In this document: one piece after another, positions 47,322 through 62,845 of the stretch
Position numbering within the stretch: the stretch's first letter is position 1
How the letters are laid out: every line of letters begins with the position of its first letter
Assembly: GCA_012295275.1 (NCBI GenBank)
Contig: CM022671.1
Coordinates: 3,658,001 to 3,722,000, forward strand
Reading direction: 5' to 3'
DNA: 64,000 nucleotides
Origin: Chrysomallon squamiferum
Taxonomy: Eukaryota > Animalia > Mollusca
Notes under the pieces: generated by a model
Database searches by the model: none
What the model saw: the letters and a program-made list of their open reading frames with translations, nothing else
What the model was told of the DNA's origin: nothing
Program-made: the position numbers and the translations under genes

Positions 47322-49060
47322 TATTTATTATATTACTTTATTTGTCCCTTTTGGTACAGTCATCTTCCAAAATCAACAGCTAATGTGTACTTTTATTTAA
47401 AATATTTCTTTTTCTATTGTTTTTAATAAAATATCTCTGCTTTCTGCGGTCGGTTTTCTGATTGTTTTGACGTCTAGTTACGTTTTGAAACCTACAGCTA
47501 ACACAGACGTGTCAACAGACATATTTAGTGTACTATTGCATTATTAGTCTGACAACGCTGCTCTGGTTTTCATGAGAAAGAGAAAAAAATCGATTTCTTT
47601 GGATTTGACACTTAGACATACCATGTCTTGAACTTCCAGTAATGAATGAATAATTCTTTGTTCAGTGATATCTTACAGCCACTGAAGCATAAAATTTTCC
47701 TAATTAGAGAGAAATAGAGAAGGCAGTAATAGATGAAACATTATGGACCAGCTTTCTGATTACCAGAAAGAAGTCTGTAATGTATTTCTAACAGAAAACA
47801 CATGTCAAACAATTTGAGTAGGTATTTATATTCCTCTGTCTGATTTTCTCTCTCGGTCTGTCTGTCTGTTTATCTCTCACTCTGTTATTTATTTATTATA
47901 TAATATCATGTACGCTGTATCCATAATCACTCTGGAGATCAGTAACCCCTGTTTTCCAATTCTAACTGCTGGGAATAACTTTTTATTATTATTATTATTG
48001 CTACAAGTACATTACTGTATACTATGATGTGAAGTAGTAGCAGTAGTAGTAGTAACAGTGGTAAAATCCTGTATACTATAGTAATAAAGTAGTAGTAGTA
48101 GTAGTAAAAGTGTAAAATAGTGGTGTAGTAGTAGTATTTATAAAGTAGTATTAGTAGTAAAACAGTAGTATTAGTAGATAGTAACAGTTAAAATTAGTAG
48201 TAGTAAAATAGTAATAGTAGTAACAGTAGTAGTAGTAGTAGTAAAATAGTAATAACAACAGTTAAAAGTAATAGTAGTCAAATAGTAATAGTAGTAACAG
48301 TAGTAATAGTAGCAGTAGTAATAGTAACAGTAGTAATAGTAGCAGTAGTAATAGTAACAGTAGTAATAGTAGTAGTAGTAAAAGTAAAATGTAATAGTAG
48401 TGGCAGAGAAAACGTTAGAATGAACAAATGATGTTCACGTCGGCGATGCAAACACTTCAGTGACTGTTGTCTGAAGGCAGACAGCTGAGTCAGCATCATG
48501 GCCATCATCAGTCCTGATATTCCCCGCTGGTCCCAGTCCCTCGGTCCCCATTATCATTAGAATCTAAATAACGCCACACTGTACTATAACTTAATCCCAT
48601 CCTCTCCGCTAAACAAGTGAAAATATTTCTACTGGGAAACATTAAGTGAGAAAAACTGAATCCATTTCCATAAAATTCCTACCACATCATTAGTCACTTA
48701 CACTTCTAAGTCTCTTATTATTATTATTATTTTTAAACTTAGGTTTATATTTCAACAGTGAGAGACATATATTTAAAATTGTAATTATAAATTTCGGTGA
48801 TAACAGTACGTTTTAAATCATTGTTAGCAGTATATATAAGATAAATTAGCTTACTGTAAATTGTAAGGTTAATTGTGTTATACAGAATTTATACAAACAG
48901 TGAAAATTTTAACTTTCAAAATGTTGAGGAAAATAACGTGATTTAAATCATATGAATTTAATATAAAACATTATATATATATATATATATAAAACGAAAA
49001 TTAGCAAAATCATTTGTACTCAGTAATTAATATTGCACAACATATATAGATTCATACCTG

Positions 49061-49117
<57 letters not shown>

Positions 49118-50095
49118 TGTTCGTATTCTAGGTATTTTAATTATTGCAATTATTTTAACATCACGTTAAATAGTCTTACACAATTATATTATTACCACTG
49201 CTATTATTATATTCGTAGAATCATTCCATTATAATAATCAAATATTTTTACAACTATTCCTGTACAATTATATTCGTTGTATTCCTAACAATTATGGCCA
49301 TACAATCATAAATATTCCTATATAATTATGTTAGTATATTACTCAAAGTATTCCTATATAATTATGTTAGTATCGTCTCAGATATAATTATTTTCGTATC
49401 GTCTCAGATATAATTATATACGTAAAGTTTTCTTATATAATATTTTTGTTACAGCTATGTTTTCAGGCTATTGTATTTCTGCAGTATATGATTCACACAG
49501 ACTGTAAATTAAGGATTTTTTTAAAAACATATCTTGGAACTGTCAATAATTTATTACTCACATAAAAGCTTTATGGCTTCAGCAGTAACATTTCACGTGA
49601 ACCTGATATGCGTGGTATTACGTTTTGGTGTATTGAATAACCGGATCTTTTCTATGGTGACCATCGGATTTGAAGTAATTTCAAGTAACTGTTTCTTAAA
49701 TGTTTTTATTTCAAGCTCTTTAAATCTTTATCTGCGGTTATTGAGTAATGTTATATCTAATGTTTGTTTGTTTTTTTATTATTATTTTTTTTTAATTAAA
49801 TTCTCAGTGTGATTTAGTTTTACAGCTAAATTAAATTTCCGTCCTTATTTTCGTTTAAATTATCATAATCATTATTCTAATCATTCGTATCATCATTACG
49901 GCTGTTATTATCATCACATCACTATGATCATCATTACTATTATCATCAGTTACTGTTAATATTGTATATCTAAATACACATTGATTTATTAAATTCCAGT
50001 GCACGTGATATTAAGTCTTGTATTTCATATAAGCTAGTGTTGTTGTTTTTATTCTTATTATTTTTTATCGTGCATTATTTTTCTAAATCTCTTGA

Positions 50096-50127
<32 letters not shown>

Positions 50128-50451
50128 AGTAGGAATACTTGATTATTATAACGGAATGATTCTATATGCATGTTGTATGTAAGTATGTAAGTGTCACGTG
50201 GTGTTCATTGATTCAATTATTGTTTTATTTTAAGCATATTTTAATGCTATTGCACAGCGTCAGAAATTATTCCGCGTGACACAACAATTACCAACACCAT
50301 GTTACGCTGTCGCACACTGAGACTTCGCTTTGTTCAGTGCAAAGACCGGGTTTCAGTTGAATAATTAACTATAGCATCGAGTCGTTTGAAAATAGTGGGT
50401 ATTCTGAGCTTTTTAATTCAGTTATCTTCTAACACAAACAGTGAGCTTGTC

Positions 50452-50486
<35 letters not shown>

Positions 50487-51742
50487 AACAATAAAAAAAA
50501 GTTAAACAATCAGTGAAAATAATTTCTAAAGGCTACAGGTTGTAAATTATGTATTGACCCAGGGCGGTTCTAGAATTATTTGTGGAGTGGTATCAGTAGG
50601 TAGATTCAAGATGAAGTAAAATAAAACAGAACTATCAGACCCTCTTGAAGAAGATTCGGCAACTACCAAAAATAAGTAATAATAATAAATAAATAATTTA
50701 TACATGTAAGCAAGCAAACAAACAAACAAAATAATAAATAGGTAAATAAGTAAATAAGTAAGTAAATAAACAAAGAAACAAATACATAAATAAATAAATA
50801 TTTTATATAAAGTTAATGAATAAGTGGAGCTAAATAAATAAACAAATAAATAGGCAGATAGATAGATATATATACACATAGAGAGAGAAAGAGAGAAAGA
50901 AAAGACAGACAGACAAACAGATAAGTAAGTAAATAAATAAATATCTGTCGGTAAATAAAACAGCCTAAATACATTTTTATTTTATTTTATTTAAGAGTTA
51001 AATCTAAGTTAATAATGAAGAAGAATAAAGTGATAATGTTTACTTATTTTATGTTATGTTATGTTATGTTATGTTATGTTACGTTATGTTATCTTATCTT
51101 ATCTGCAATATTACACTGTACCTTTAAGACGTAATTTTGCAGGACGTGAAATTATAAAACATTTAAGACAAAACTGCACCAACAGAAAAACCTCACCTGG
51201 GAACGTCACGATGGCTCACCTGGGACATCCCCACCCTCTGACTCCACCCTGATTCCACTGCTGTGTATGAAGAGAGAGAGAGAAAAAAAAAAAAAAAAAA
51301 AAGGATCGTTTCATGCACAGACATGTTTTCAAGCTGAATGGTTTTTCGCGGGGATCTTCAATTCCCAGCAGGCCTAATGAAAAATGTTTGAAATGAAGTT
51401 AGGAGAAAAATTAATTTGATTAGTTAGCTATGGGATAAACAGACAGTTTATTGTCGAAGCGTATACGACTGATTCAGACAGGCTCCAGCTTTTCTAAGGG
51501 TTCATTAGAATTATTTGCATGGAAATTTCAGAATGTTTGTTGACGAAATCAGTTTGTCCTTTGTAGTAATAGCAGCAGCCAGCAGTAGTGTAACAAGAGA
51601 TGTTAAGGTGACAGTAATATGAGATAATGGTGTTGCCAGTAACAACAGCAATAGTAGTGATAGTGGCTGATTTTAGTGATAGAATAGTTAGTAGTAGTGG
51701 TGGTGGTGGTAGTAGTAGTAGTTGTTGTTGTACTAGAAGTAA

Positions 51743-51782
<40 letters not shown>

Positions 51783-51915
51783 TAATAAATAAATAAATAA
51801 ATAAATAATAAAAGAATTGATTTTTAAATTTTTTAATTAACATTGATTTATTTTTCCGTTTTAATTAACCCTTTAAACTAGTTTATTTGTACTGTGTTTA
51901 TTGAATCTTTGAACG

Positions 51916-51946
<31 letters not shown>

Positions 51947-52541
51947 AAAAAAAAAAAAAAACTACCAAAAAAAAAAAAAAAAAAAAAAAGAAATTAAAAA
52001 TAAAAACTAAATGCAATATTTATATACCCCCAAAAACCCCCCAAAACAACAACACTATATGAAAGAGACAAAAATAAATAAATAAATAAATAAATAAAAA
52101 AAACAACAACAACAAAAAATACCCCTAAAAACCCCAACAAATCAAACAAAACAAAAGAAATTAAAAAATAAAAACAATATGCAATATATATATAAAAAAA
52201 AACAAAAAAAAAAACAACAAAAAAACAACAACAACACAAAAACAAACATTATTTGTTTAACAGGTAGACGGAAATTAAATTTTTACCCCAAAACAACGGT
52301 TGCATTAAAACTTGGTTATGTTGTCGTGAGCCGTTGAGTAGGTGTATTCATCATTTATACAGTTACATAACAGTTAACATAACAGTAATAACAATAATAA
52401 AAAGTGTCTGACACAGTGGAGAGAGGCTCAAATTAAATAAAACCTAAATGTTAATTTTAAAATACCATGAAATTATCATTAAAAAATATTTATCATTCAT
52501 ACATTGAATAGCCATAAACATGACCAAGATAAAAAAAAAAG

Positions 52542-52929
52542 TATCCATCTATCTATCTATCTGTCTGTCTTTCTGTCTGTCTGTCTGTCTGACTGTCTGT
52601 CTGACTGTTTCTCTGACTGTCTGTCTGCCTGCTTGTCTAACTGTCTGCCTGTCTGTATCTATCTTTCTATCTATCTATATATCTGTGTGTCTGTCTATCT
52701 CTATCTCTCTATCTATATGTGTTTCTATATGTCTGTCTGTCTATCTATCTGTCTGTCTGACTGTCTGTCTCTATCTATCTTTCTATCTATCTGTATATCT
52801 GTCTATCTTTCTATATATCTGTGTGTCTGTCTGTCTATCTCTATCTCTATCTATATGTGTTTCTATATGTATGTCTGTCTTTCTTTCTATCTGTCAGTCT
52901 ATCTATCTATCTGTCTATCTGATTGTCTG

Positions 52930-52970
<41 letters not shown>

Positions 52971-53014
52971 ATCTCTGTCTATCTAATAATAATAACTGTC
53001 TATCTATCTGTCTC

Positions 53015-53091
<77 letters not shown>

Positions 53092-53105
53092 ATCTCTGTC
53101 TATCT
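52542..53105. repeat. Compound (TCTA)n/(TCTG)n microsatellite
   Basis: Direct inspection; source of spurious 160-195 aa ORFs. Confidence 0.95.
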
Positions 53106-53869
53106 AAGAATAATAACTGTATTGTATGCACACACATTGTTAAAAAACTGCAGTCTTTATTTCTGTCACTTATTTCTGGGAACGTGTCAAACTAGGAAGA
53201 TGCGAGTGACAGTGACTCCGCCCCATTGGTAAACTGCAGTTTACACGTGTCCTCGGAGACAGACAAGGCGAAATCTTGTGACAGATCTCGATAAAGACAG
53301 AGCCAGTTAGAAAACAGCCTGACAGGCTTAACAGACTGGTTCACCACCAGCCTGTCACGTCTGTTTCTAAATGTATGCAGATGAGATTTCTTCAATATCC
53401 GTGTTCAAACTCGTTCGGCACCTGGATTCCTTCTCGTCTCAAATTAATTCGTTTCGAATGACAAGGGAATTGTATTTGAAGGAGTGCATTATTAGAACGG
53501 GTTGCTGATGGCTTGGGAAGCGATAGGCAGAGGGTTCGATTACGTGGACATCGAACTTTTCAGCCAAAGCAGAAAGACTCATTTAGTAGTAGTTATGTAA
53601 TTATTTTCCTGTATATGGGTAGGTTGTTATTAACCGTAAGAGTAACCCATAATTTGATGGCTGCGTGTTTTCTATGTTATCGTAAATGTGCACAGACATA
53701 AAAACAAAAACAAAATTGTTCCTATTAAACAACAGCAACATCAGTTATAACAGTCAACCCCCTCAAGGACAAATAACCACAAACAACCATAAAAAAAAAA
53801 CAGACCTCCTAACAGACCTCCTAAAAACAACAAAAAACAAACAAACAAATGACCCCTCGAAAGAAACAG

Positions 53870-53934
<65 letters not shown>

Positions 53935-54054
53935 AAAATAAAATAAATAATAATAATAAAAATTGGACAAAAAAAAAAAAAAAAAAAAACAACTCCAGAC
54001 AAACTAACAAAACAAAACTTCATTAAAAGACAAGCAAAACAAACATCTCTAATT

Positions 54055-54360
<306 letters not shown>

Positions 54361-54604
54361 ACAACAACAACAACAAAAAATAAACAAAGCTATATATGTA
54401 TTGCTAAACAAATGTATTATTTAGCATTTGTTAAAAATTGATCTGTTGTGACATCTGCACAACATTCGAAGGGCGGAATACATGCAAATTTTACATTCAT
54501 TATTTGTAAACCTGTTATATTTTAGGGATATATTACCTAATAGAGATACATATTGAATATGCACGGTAATGACACCAATATTTCAGAAAAAATGAGACAA
54601 ATAT

Positions 54605-54648
54605 CAATAATAATAATTATAAAAAAAATAAAAAAAATAATAATAACG

Positions 54649-54718
<70 letters not shown>

Positions 54719-54735
54719 CAATAACAATAATGATA

Positions 54736-54784
<49 letters not shown>

Positions 54785-54800
54785 TAATAACAACAACAAC

Positions 54801-54838
<38 letters not shown>

Positions 54839-54921
54839 TACAGAAGCAACTACAACAGCTGCATGTTAATGCCCCTGTTATATCTTTATGTTTATAAAAT
54901 ATACTTTTGCAAATAATAATG

Positions 54922-54960
<39 letters not shown>
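54605..54960. repeat. (AAT)n microsatellite cluster
   Basis: Direct inspection. Similar simple repeats at 39838-39911 (GA), 40275-40505 (AAT/AATAGT), 48030-48400 (AGT), 55560-55650 (AGT), 61030-61150 (AAT). Confidence 0.95.
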
Positions 54961-54961
<1 letters not shown>

Positions 54962-55561
54962 CTAACTAACTAACTAATTAAGAAGCCAACGAAAACAGGT
55001 ATCCTGTTTAGAAACACGACTACCGTGCAAACAGACATATCATTAATAAAACAAGTCATTTATAATTATTTCAGCAGACGACCGAACGCAAGCCAGTTCT
55101 GTATAGACTGTAATTAACACGACCTTGTTAACGGCCAGTGCTGATTAACGTGTATTCCGCGACAATATCTCATCCTATTGCTAATTTTGTTTAGAACGAA
55201 AACAGAAATGTTTTACTAAAAGCATTTTGATGGGTAGACTGTAAGCATAAGTTTTGTGAGAATGGAAATTTGTTTCAGTCTTCAACAAGAAAAAAAAAAA
55301 AAACGAAGGAAAAAAAAAACACGTAAAAAGTAATAATGATCTAAATACGTATTGCTTGGTTGTTGTATTGACTTTAGTAGAATACAGTTAGCAGTAAATG
55401 TAGTAATAATAGTAGTAGTACTGGTGGTTGTTGTAGTAATGATTGTAGTAGTAGTAGTAGTAGCACTAATAGAAGTAGTAGTAGGAGTGGTATAGTATTA
55501 TTAGTAGTAAAACCGGCCGTAGTAATAGTTTTAGATGAAGTTGTAGAGTCGTTATTATTAT

Positions 55562-55635
<74 letters not shown>

Positions 55636-55850
55636 ACAGTAGTAGCAGTATAACTAATAAAGAAACGAAGTATTTGTGGGTATCCCGGGGTCAGTTTGAC
55701 ATTAGCTGACACAAAAATGAACACGAACAATTCGTCATGTTTTCTCTCTGATCATTTTCTTTTATCTGTTTTGTAAATTAAATAAAAACAAATAAAAAGC
55801 ATCAAAACGTGCTGGTTATCAACGATTTTAGGCGTACACAGTACTGGTTT

Positions 55851-55881
<31 letters not shown>

Positions 55882-57388
55882 CATTATTATTATTATTATT
55901 ATTTTTGTTGTTGATGCTAATGATGATGTCATTTTTGTGACAATACTGATAACAGTTGTTATGGTAGATTTTGTATTTGTATTTATATTATTAGTAGTTG
56001 TAGCAGCGATAGTAATGGTAATTGCTGTGGTAACATTTATTAGTACCATACCGTACTTTCTTCTTCGTCCTCTTTGTATTGTTTTTGTGGTTGCTGATGC
56101 TGCTGTTGTCGTCGTCGACGATCTTCAAAATAGACAGCAGCAGTAATAACAGGAATAATAATAACCATAGTTACGCCATCATCAAAGTTATTAGCTTAGG
56201 AGATCTTATCATAGATACATTGCCATGACTTACTGATACTGTTATTCTAAATAACATTATTTTGTCTTGTTAATAGAATCATTGTCATGACTTACTGATA
56301 TTGTTGTTTTAAGTAACCACATTATTTTATTTATATTAACAAATTACCGTGACTTATTATATTGTTACTATAAATATCATTATCATTTGATCTCCTGTTT
56401 CTAGCACTATGGGATTATTTATCAGAAAAACAATACGACCTTAGTGAATAATGATTAATTCATTTCTACCTCTGATATTTGTATTCTGTTATTATTTTAA
56501 TATCTGTAACCTAAGCTCTTTATGTATAACATGTGTTAATGCAACCGTTATGTTTCCCGTTTAAAAAAACATAACGTTTTTGTTTTTTTCATCTTCTCTT
56601 TTTTTTATTATTATTACTATTATTACAAGCCTTTTGTGTATCTATGAAGTTAACGTTTGACCAGCAAGGTCTGTAACACACTCAGATGCATATTAACGTG
56701 TGAACGATGCTGAATACAGTAACATTTAACACAAGTGAAGCGTCATGAGCCAACGACAAAGAGATACAACGAGAAACAGAAACGATGGACGCACGCTGCA
56801 CTTGTACTGGGGAAACAATCCCATGTAATGCAATTCGACGGATATAATCAATATTAACTACAACTCCACACGGCGTTCAGTCGCTTTCTCATTCGTGCGG
56901 ACAACTTTAGTAACGTGCTGTGCTCAACTGAGAGACAGAGAGAGATACAGAGAGAGAGAGAGAGAGAGAGGGCGAGCTCGCTCAAACAGCCGTGTGTCAT
57001 TTTCTCATACGCTGGCGTGAATTCTGAAGCTGACAGTCAAGGAAGCCAATTGCAGCAGATGCATCGTGCACAGAGGAAGGAGCAGGACCTGTTGAGTGTA
57101 TTGGTATTCGCTTAGATGACAGACTCTTGTTTAAACTGACTCGCGGTCTTCTTTATTATCTCTGTCAGACGGTTTGAAAAAAAAAAAAAAAAAAAAAAAA
57201 AAAAGGAATCATTTATCTGCTTGATCTCTTATTGTGATTTATTACGACGCAGAGACGTCTCCTATTGCCAGTTGAAAATGTTTGAGAAATAAACGAAGTT
57301 GAACTAGTGATGATATTACACAGCAGCTAATTCGTGACAGTAAGTTTTCGTTGAGTCGACGGTGATTTTTTTTTGTTTCTCTCTAAGA

Positions 57389-57708
57389 ATGGGGGACTCG
57401 TTCACTGACCAGTGGCCACAAGGATCTACAACGAATGGTGCTAATCCTGCGGCAGACGTCAGTCGTGCTGTTGGCGGTTCTAAAGAAAAGGTTCAGTTCG
57501 GGAGACTGCTGAGGGAGAACTGGATAAAGGTTGTGACTAACTGCGCTGTGTTCGGCAGTTTTGGGGTCTGTGTCGGGTTTCTGGGGCCCACGGTGTTCGA
57601 CTTAGGCTGCCAGACCAACTCGGACTTGAAAAAAATGAGTTGGGTTTTCTTTGTGCAGCTTCTTATGACGCTGGTCGGATCTATATCTGCTGGATGTATG
57701 TCAGCCAG
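57389..57708 (+). CDS. MFSD4A: Major facilitator superfamily transporter, MFSD4A-like; first coding exon only (3'-partial, remainder probably beyond the window)
   Basis: ATG at 57389, strong donor AG|GTGAGT at 57708/57709. Peptide CAVFGSFGVCVGFLGPTVFDLGCQTNSDLKKMSWVFFVQLL resembles the MFSD4A TM1-TM2 signature as I recall it (VFFSFGLCIAFLGPTLLDLRCQT...ISWVFFSQ). No convincing second exon found before 64000. Confidence 0.8.
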
Positions 57709-57994
57709 GTGAGTCTGATAATCTCACTATTCTCACTAGTCTCACGCTTTGTATTCCCGACATCACTACAGTTTTACGTATAATTATATCTTTATCATTT
57801 AACTGTCTCCGTTTATACCCTTATCATTACAGCTATAATATTATTATGTTGATATCCTTATCACGATTGCTACCTGTTCTTAAAGAATTATAATTCTAAG
57901 AATAGCAACCTGTTTATCATCAAGTCCACTGACAATCAGCATTACGTCTTCTAGGTAAACATTGTCAATACGACGTCTCCCTATTACTATAAAA

Positions 57995-58670
57995 AACAAT
58001 CTCACATCTCTGTTGTCACGTCTAACTTCTGTTATCGTTCAAAACCATCTCCCATTTGTATCTTGTCACGTCTCACTTCTGTTAACGATCAAAACCATCT
58101 CACATTTGTATCTTGTCACGTCTCACTTCTGTTAACGATCAAAACCATCTCACATTTGTATCTTGTCACGTCTCACTTCTGTTATCGTTCAAAACCATCT
58201 CACATTTGTATCTTGTCACGTCTAACTTCTGTTATCGTTCGAAACCATCTCACATTTGTATCTTGTCACCCTCACTTCTCTTACCGATCAAAACCATCTC
58301 ACATTTGTATCTTGTCAGGTCTCTTACCTTGTCATCTCTTAACGAAAAACCATCTCACATTTGTATCTTGTCACCAAAACCATCTCACATTTGTATCTTG
58401 TCAAGTCTCTTACCGATCAAAACCATCTCACATTTGTATCTTGTCAAGTCTCTTACCGATCAAAACCATCTCACATTTGTATCTTGTCAAGTCTCTTACC
58501 GATCAAAACCATCTCACATTTGTATCTTGTCAGGTCTCTTATCGATGAAAACCATCTGACATTTTTATCTTGTCAGGTCTCTTACCGATCAAAACCATCA
58601 CACATTTGTATCTTGTCAAGTCTCTTACCGATCAAAACCATCTCACGTTTGTATTTTGTCACATCTCACT
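57995..58670 (+). repeat. 43/50-bp minisatellite in MFSD4A intron 1
   Basis: Core AAAACCATCTCACATTTGTATCTTGTCA; 50-bp units on the left, 43-bp units on the right, ~14 copies. Confidence 0.93.
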
Positions 58671-59766
58671 TGTTTGCGATCACTAACGAACCACGTTTTA
58701 AATCTGTTGAGATATCCTCTACCAACATAAACATCTTTTATACGTCCTCCTCGAATTATTAATTATCTCGTATTACTTGTCTTTTACAAATAAACTTTAA
58801 AATATACTGAGTTTCCACAGAATAAATAATTACTTATTAATTATTACTGTGTTGATAGTGAGTTGCACTTGAGTGCAGTTATATGGATAAAAATAAAATA
58901 CTGTTTTAATGAAAAAAAAAAAAAATGTATATCATCAATCAAATGTAATTTTTAAATGCATGTATACAAACAATGGAAATTTTATAAGCAAAATATATAA
59001 TAAAATATGTAAAACCAACGTTTTATGAGTAGAATCCATAAAATCTCTGGGTACAATGTAATGCTTTAATGAAAATAATACATATGTATTTGAGGTGTAT
59101 ATTTCAGATAGAATTTTAATATTTATATATATGAATGTATAAATGAAATGCCTAACTGAAACCAGAATTTGAATCGTGAAACTTAATTAAGCTGCACAAC
59201 AAAAACTAAAACAAGAAAGCTTCCACTCCTTAGAGACTTATAAAACTGAGTACGAGCACCTTAACATTGATTTTCATCATGAATTATTAAAATTAGTTGT
59301 TTTGGGTGTGTGTTTTTTTCTAAGTGACGTGTCACACAATGTTAGCATTAAATGTCGCTGTAATTATTTTAGTGTACGTGTTTTTTTTAACAACATCCGA
59401 GAAGTTCACATAAAAAGGACAGGTATTAAACATTTTTTATTTCACTTAAACACAGTTTTCAAAATAACAAATTAATAATAAAAAATAAAAAATTTAAAAC
59501 GGTAAATTTAAAATCACACACACACACACACACATAATGAACAAAAAATGCTCCAACTTTCTTATCTTCGATTAAAGAAGAGTCTGTTATTATTTCCCGT
59601 TCCAACAAAGCAAAGCGATATTCTTAGAAATTCCATGCATGGACATAGGAAAACCATTCAATAAATCAGCCCCAGGAATTAATGTATCGATTTTTATTTA
59701 ACAAATAATCAGTTTAAATACTTTTGAGGCAGTGTTAAAAACATACTGGTCGAAGCGTAACGAATC

Positions 59767-59857
59767 ACATTACACACAAACGTAACGTTATTACGAATAA
59801 CATTACACACAAACGTAACGTTATTACGAATAACATTACACACAAACGTAACGTTAT
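59767..59857 (+). repeat. 33-bp x~3 tandem repeat
   Basis: ACATTACACACAAACGTAACGTTATTACGAATA. Confidence 0.9.
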
Positions 59858-61073
59858 TTTACGTGTTTGAATCAAAAAACCTGTAAACATAAAATCTAAA
59901 TTATTCAGTAGCTTCACTTGCAACTTTTCATTCTTTAACACAAAAAACTCTTATGTTATGAGTTATTTTGATATTTGTGGAATTTCTCGTTCAAACTAGT
60001 AACCATTTTAACAAGTATTTCGCACAGCACGCTGTTCATCTGTGCTATTTTGTCCAACTAGTATATATTATACGTTGTGGTGTGTGCTTCACTAATGAAG
60101 GGGAGATTCTTAAAAGAATGACTAAATGTTAAATATATCGGTTACTGGATGTCAAAGGTAAAATAAAACAAAATGGTGATATACTTTGTGTATAATTCTT
60201 AAGAAACTTCGGTGAAAGGAATATTACATACATCACATTTTTGTACAGACACACATACACGATACATATATACACACACATACATATACATACGTATATA
60301 TATATATATATATACTGACACATACACGCATGTGAATAATTCTGTTAGACATGAATGGTACTGTTAGAATGGATAAAATTCACGTTGTCTCACATCAAAA
60401 CGAGACTGATTTGCAGTCTGGTGCATCAGTCTATTGTGAACAGACGTGAATTTCCACTGAGAATGTTTGTTAACAAAACTACTGTCATTAAACACACAAA
60501 TCTTTCTCTCTTTTTTTTCTTCACATAACCATTAAACAACTGTAACTGTATTTTGACATTTAACTGACGGGACCGTTAATTACATTAATGTCACAGGCCG
60601 CCATCATAATGATCTAATCACGTGACACGTTTGCGCCAAATTAGTCTCGATAACCGCACTGGGCCCCGTCATTTGCCGGCAAGTACGACAAATTTCTGAC
60701 AGTTAATGATCACGTGGGAGATAACTGGGAGTAAAAATAAATCTGATGATAATGATAGCGTTTATTTTATCATTACTTTGAAAACGTTTTCAAACATACA
60801 CTACTTCTTTCCTATACGACCAAACTACTACAGTTTCTCTTGATGCAGCTACTACTGTTATTTGTACAAGAAGAAGAATTAGAACTACTACTACTACTGC
60901 TACTACTACGACGACGACAACTACTACTGCTACTACTACTGCGACTACTACTACTACTACTGCTACTACCACGACTGTTACAACTATTTTTGCTGCTGCT
61001 ACTATTAAAGAACAATAACAGTTGTTAAATAATAACAGCAATAATATTAATAATAATAATAATAACAATAATG

Positions 61074-61133
<60 letters not shown>

Positions 61134-61771
61134 TAACTGTAATAATAATAAATATGATGAAGATGATGATGATGTTAATAATAAATCGAAACCATTATTT
61201 ATAAAACATTAAATAATTCGACACATCTGTCGTTGTTGATAAAAGGACACACATGCGTATATTATTACAACAAAAAAACAACAACAACAAAAACAACAAA
61301 CAAAACAACAAGAGAGAAACATGCGTTATTTAATTAGTATTCATTTGACGTCTTTCACTTCCACGTGCTTTTAATATTATTAAAATGATAATTTCATTTC
61401 ATTATTTTTATACAGAAGTGTAAAAAAAATCCAACACTTATCATTCTGTTGAATATAGTTATTAAAATTTATTATATGGAAATAAAAAATGTTTTGCAAT
61501 AGCTAAACAAATATGTTACAGTTTGCATAGAGAGTATATATTTGTTTGCAGCTAGAGAGACGTTTGATATGCCGATTTAAACACATTTACTTATGTGGCT
61601 ACTGGACGAATAACGTAGCACCATGTAACACAGATAACGTCTAATTATAATGTTATAAAAATACGATCATAAACATGACCATAAATTCAGATTGTCATGT
61701 TAAAGCTTGAAGAAAATGGTGCATATTTGCAATAAATTATAAAAATAATATAGGAAACAACGACAGTGTGA

Positions 61772-61804
<33 letters not shown>

Positions 61805-61809
61805 ATGAA

Positions 61810-61852
<43 letters not shown>

Positions 61853-62793
61853 CTAGATAAGTAAATAATAGAAAAAGCAATAACAGCAACAAATAAAAAA
61901 AAAAATAATAATAATAAAAAAATAAAATAAAATAAAAAATAAATAAAAAATAAAATAAAATAATAATAAACACCTTGATATTTTTCATTATAAAAATCTA
62001 ACACTATAATTAGACTGGTGCTGTACATTCGCTACGCTCTGTAATTAACGCTCAGGCTTGTACAACATGTCTTGGACCAGTCGACTGCATTTGTTACAAA
62101 TAATTAATGTCTTTGCTATTTTCGTTGTACTTCGAGCTCACGTAAACTGTCATGATTGTCCTGGTTGCTTTGTTTATACAAACCGAATGGTTCGTTATAT
62201 AATACATTAAATTTACATATACGGATTTTAATAACTTTGTTTTGCGTTTTATATATGTAACTGTAGTAGCAGTTGCAACAGTAATAAAAACTGCCACAAT
62301 CTGCAACCTGCATCAAGAATAACAGCACCAAAAACATTCAACATTTTAAACACCAGCTAGCAAATAAATATTACCTTTATATTACTGCTAACTGCACTGT
62401 TATTGCGTTCAGCAATAATTGTTATTCTACTTTGATTTAAAGGTCAGTCAAAAATAAAAATAAAAAATGCGACAGATTAGTCTGGCAGTTAGGATGAAGG
62501 CTTTTAATTAATATCTGTAATTGTGCTTCGTAAATACGTTATAATTATAGTGTGATTGCAAACGTTTGCTGAACAAACAAGAGTTTTTCTTTTGAAGTCA
62601 TTTTAATATAACAGAGAATAATTTTAGTATAATTTAGATTTCATTAGACTTTTGTTTCTCTTGTTGCCCTTTTTATTATTTTTAGCAGCATACTAATAGC
62701 AGCGGAGTAGCAGTTTATAAAAACTAAATATGTATATATATATATAAACTTTAATAGTTATGATGGCATAATTGTGAGATCCAGGAAAAAAAA

Positions 62794-62845
<52 letters not shown>

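Noticed and set aside
48428-48475. Possible C/D snoRNA (ATGATGT...CTGA)
   Set aside because: Box C is imperfect, the span is too short, and it is not in a host-gene intron.
53505-53550. tRNA-like B box GGTTCGATT
   Set aside because: No cloverleaf or acceptor stem could be folded; at most a SINE remnant.
57995-58670. Constant core plus variable segment resembling CRISPR; ORFs of 133-161 aa
   Set aside because: The variable parts are homologous to each other, so it is a minisatellite; the ORFs are repeat translations.
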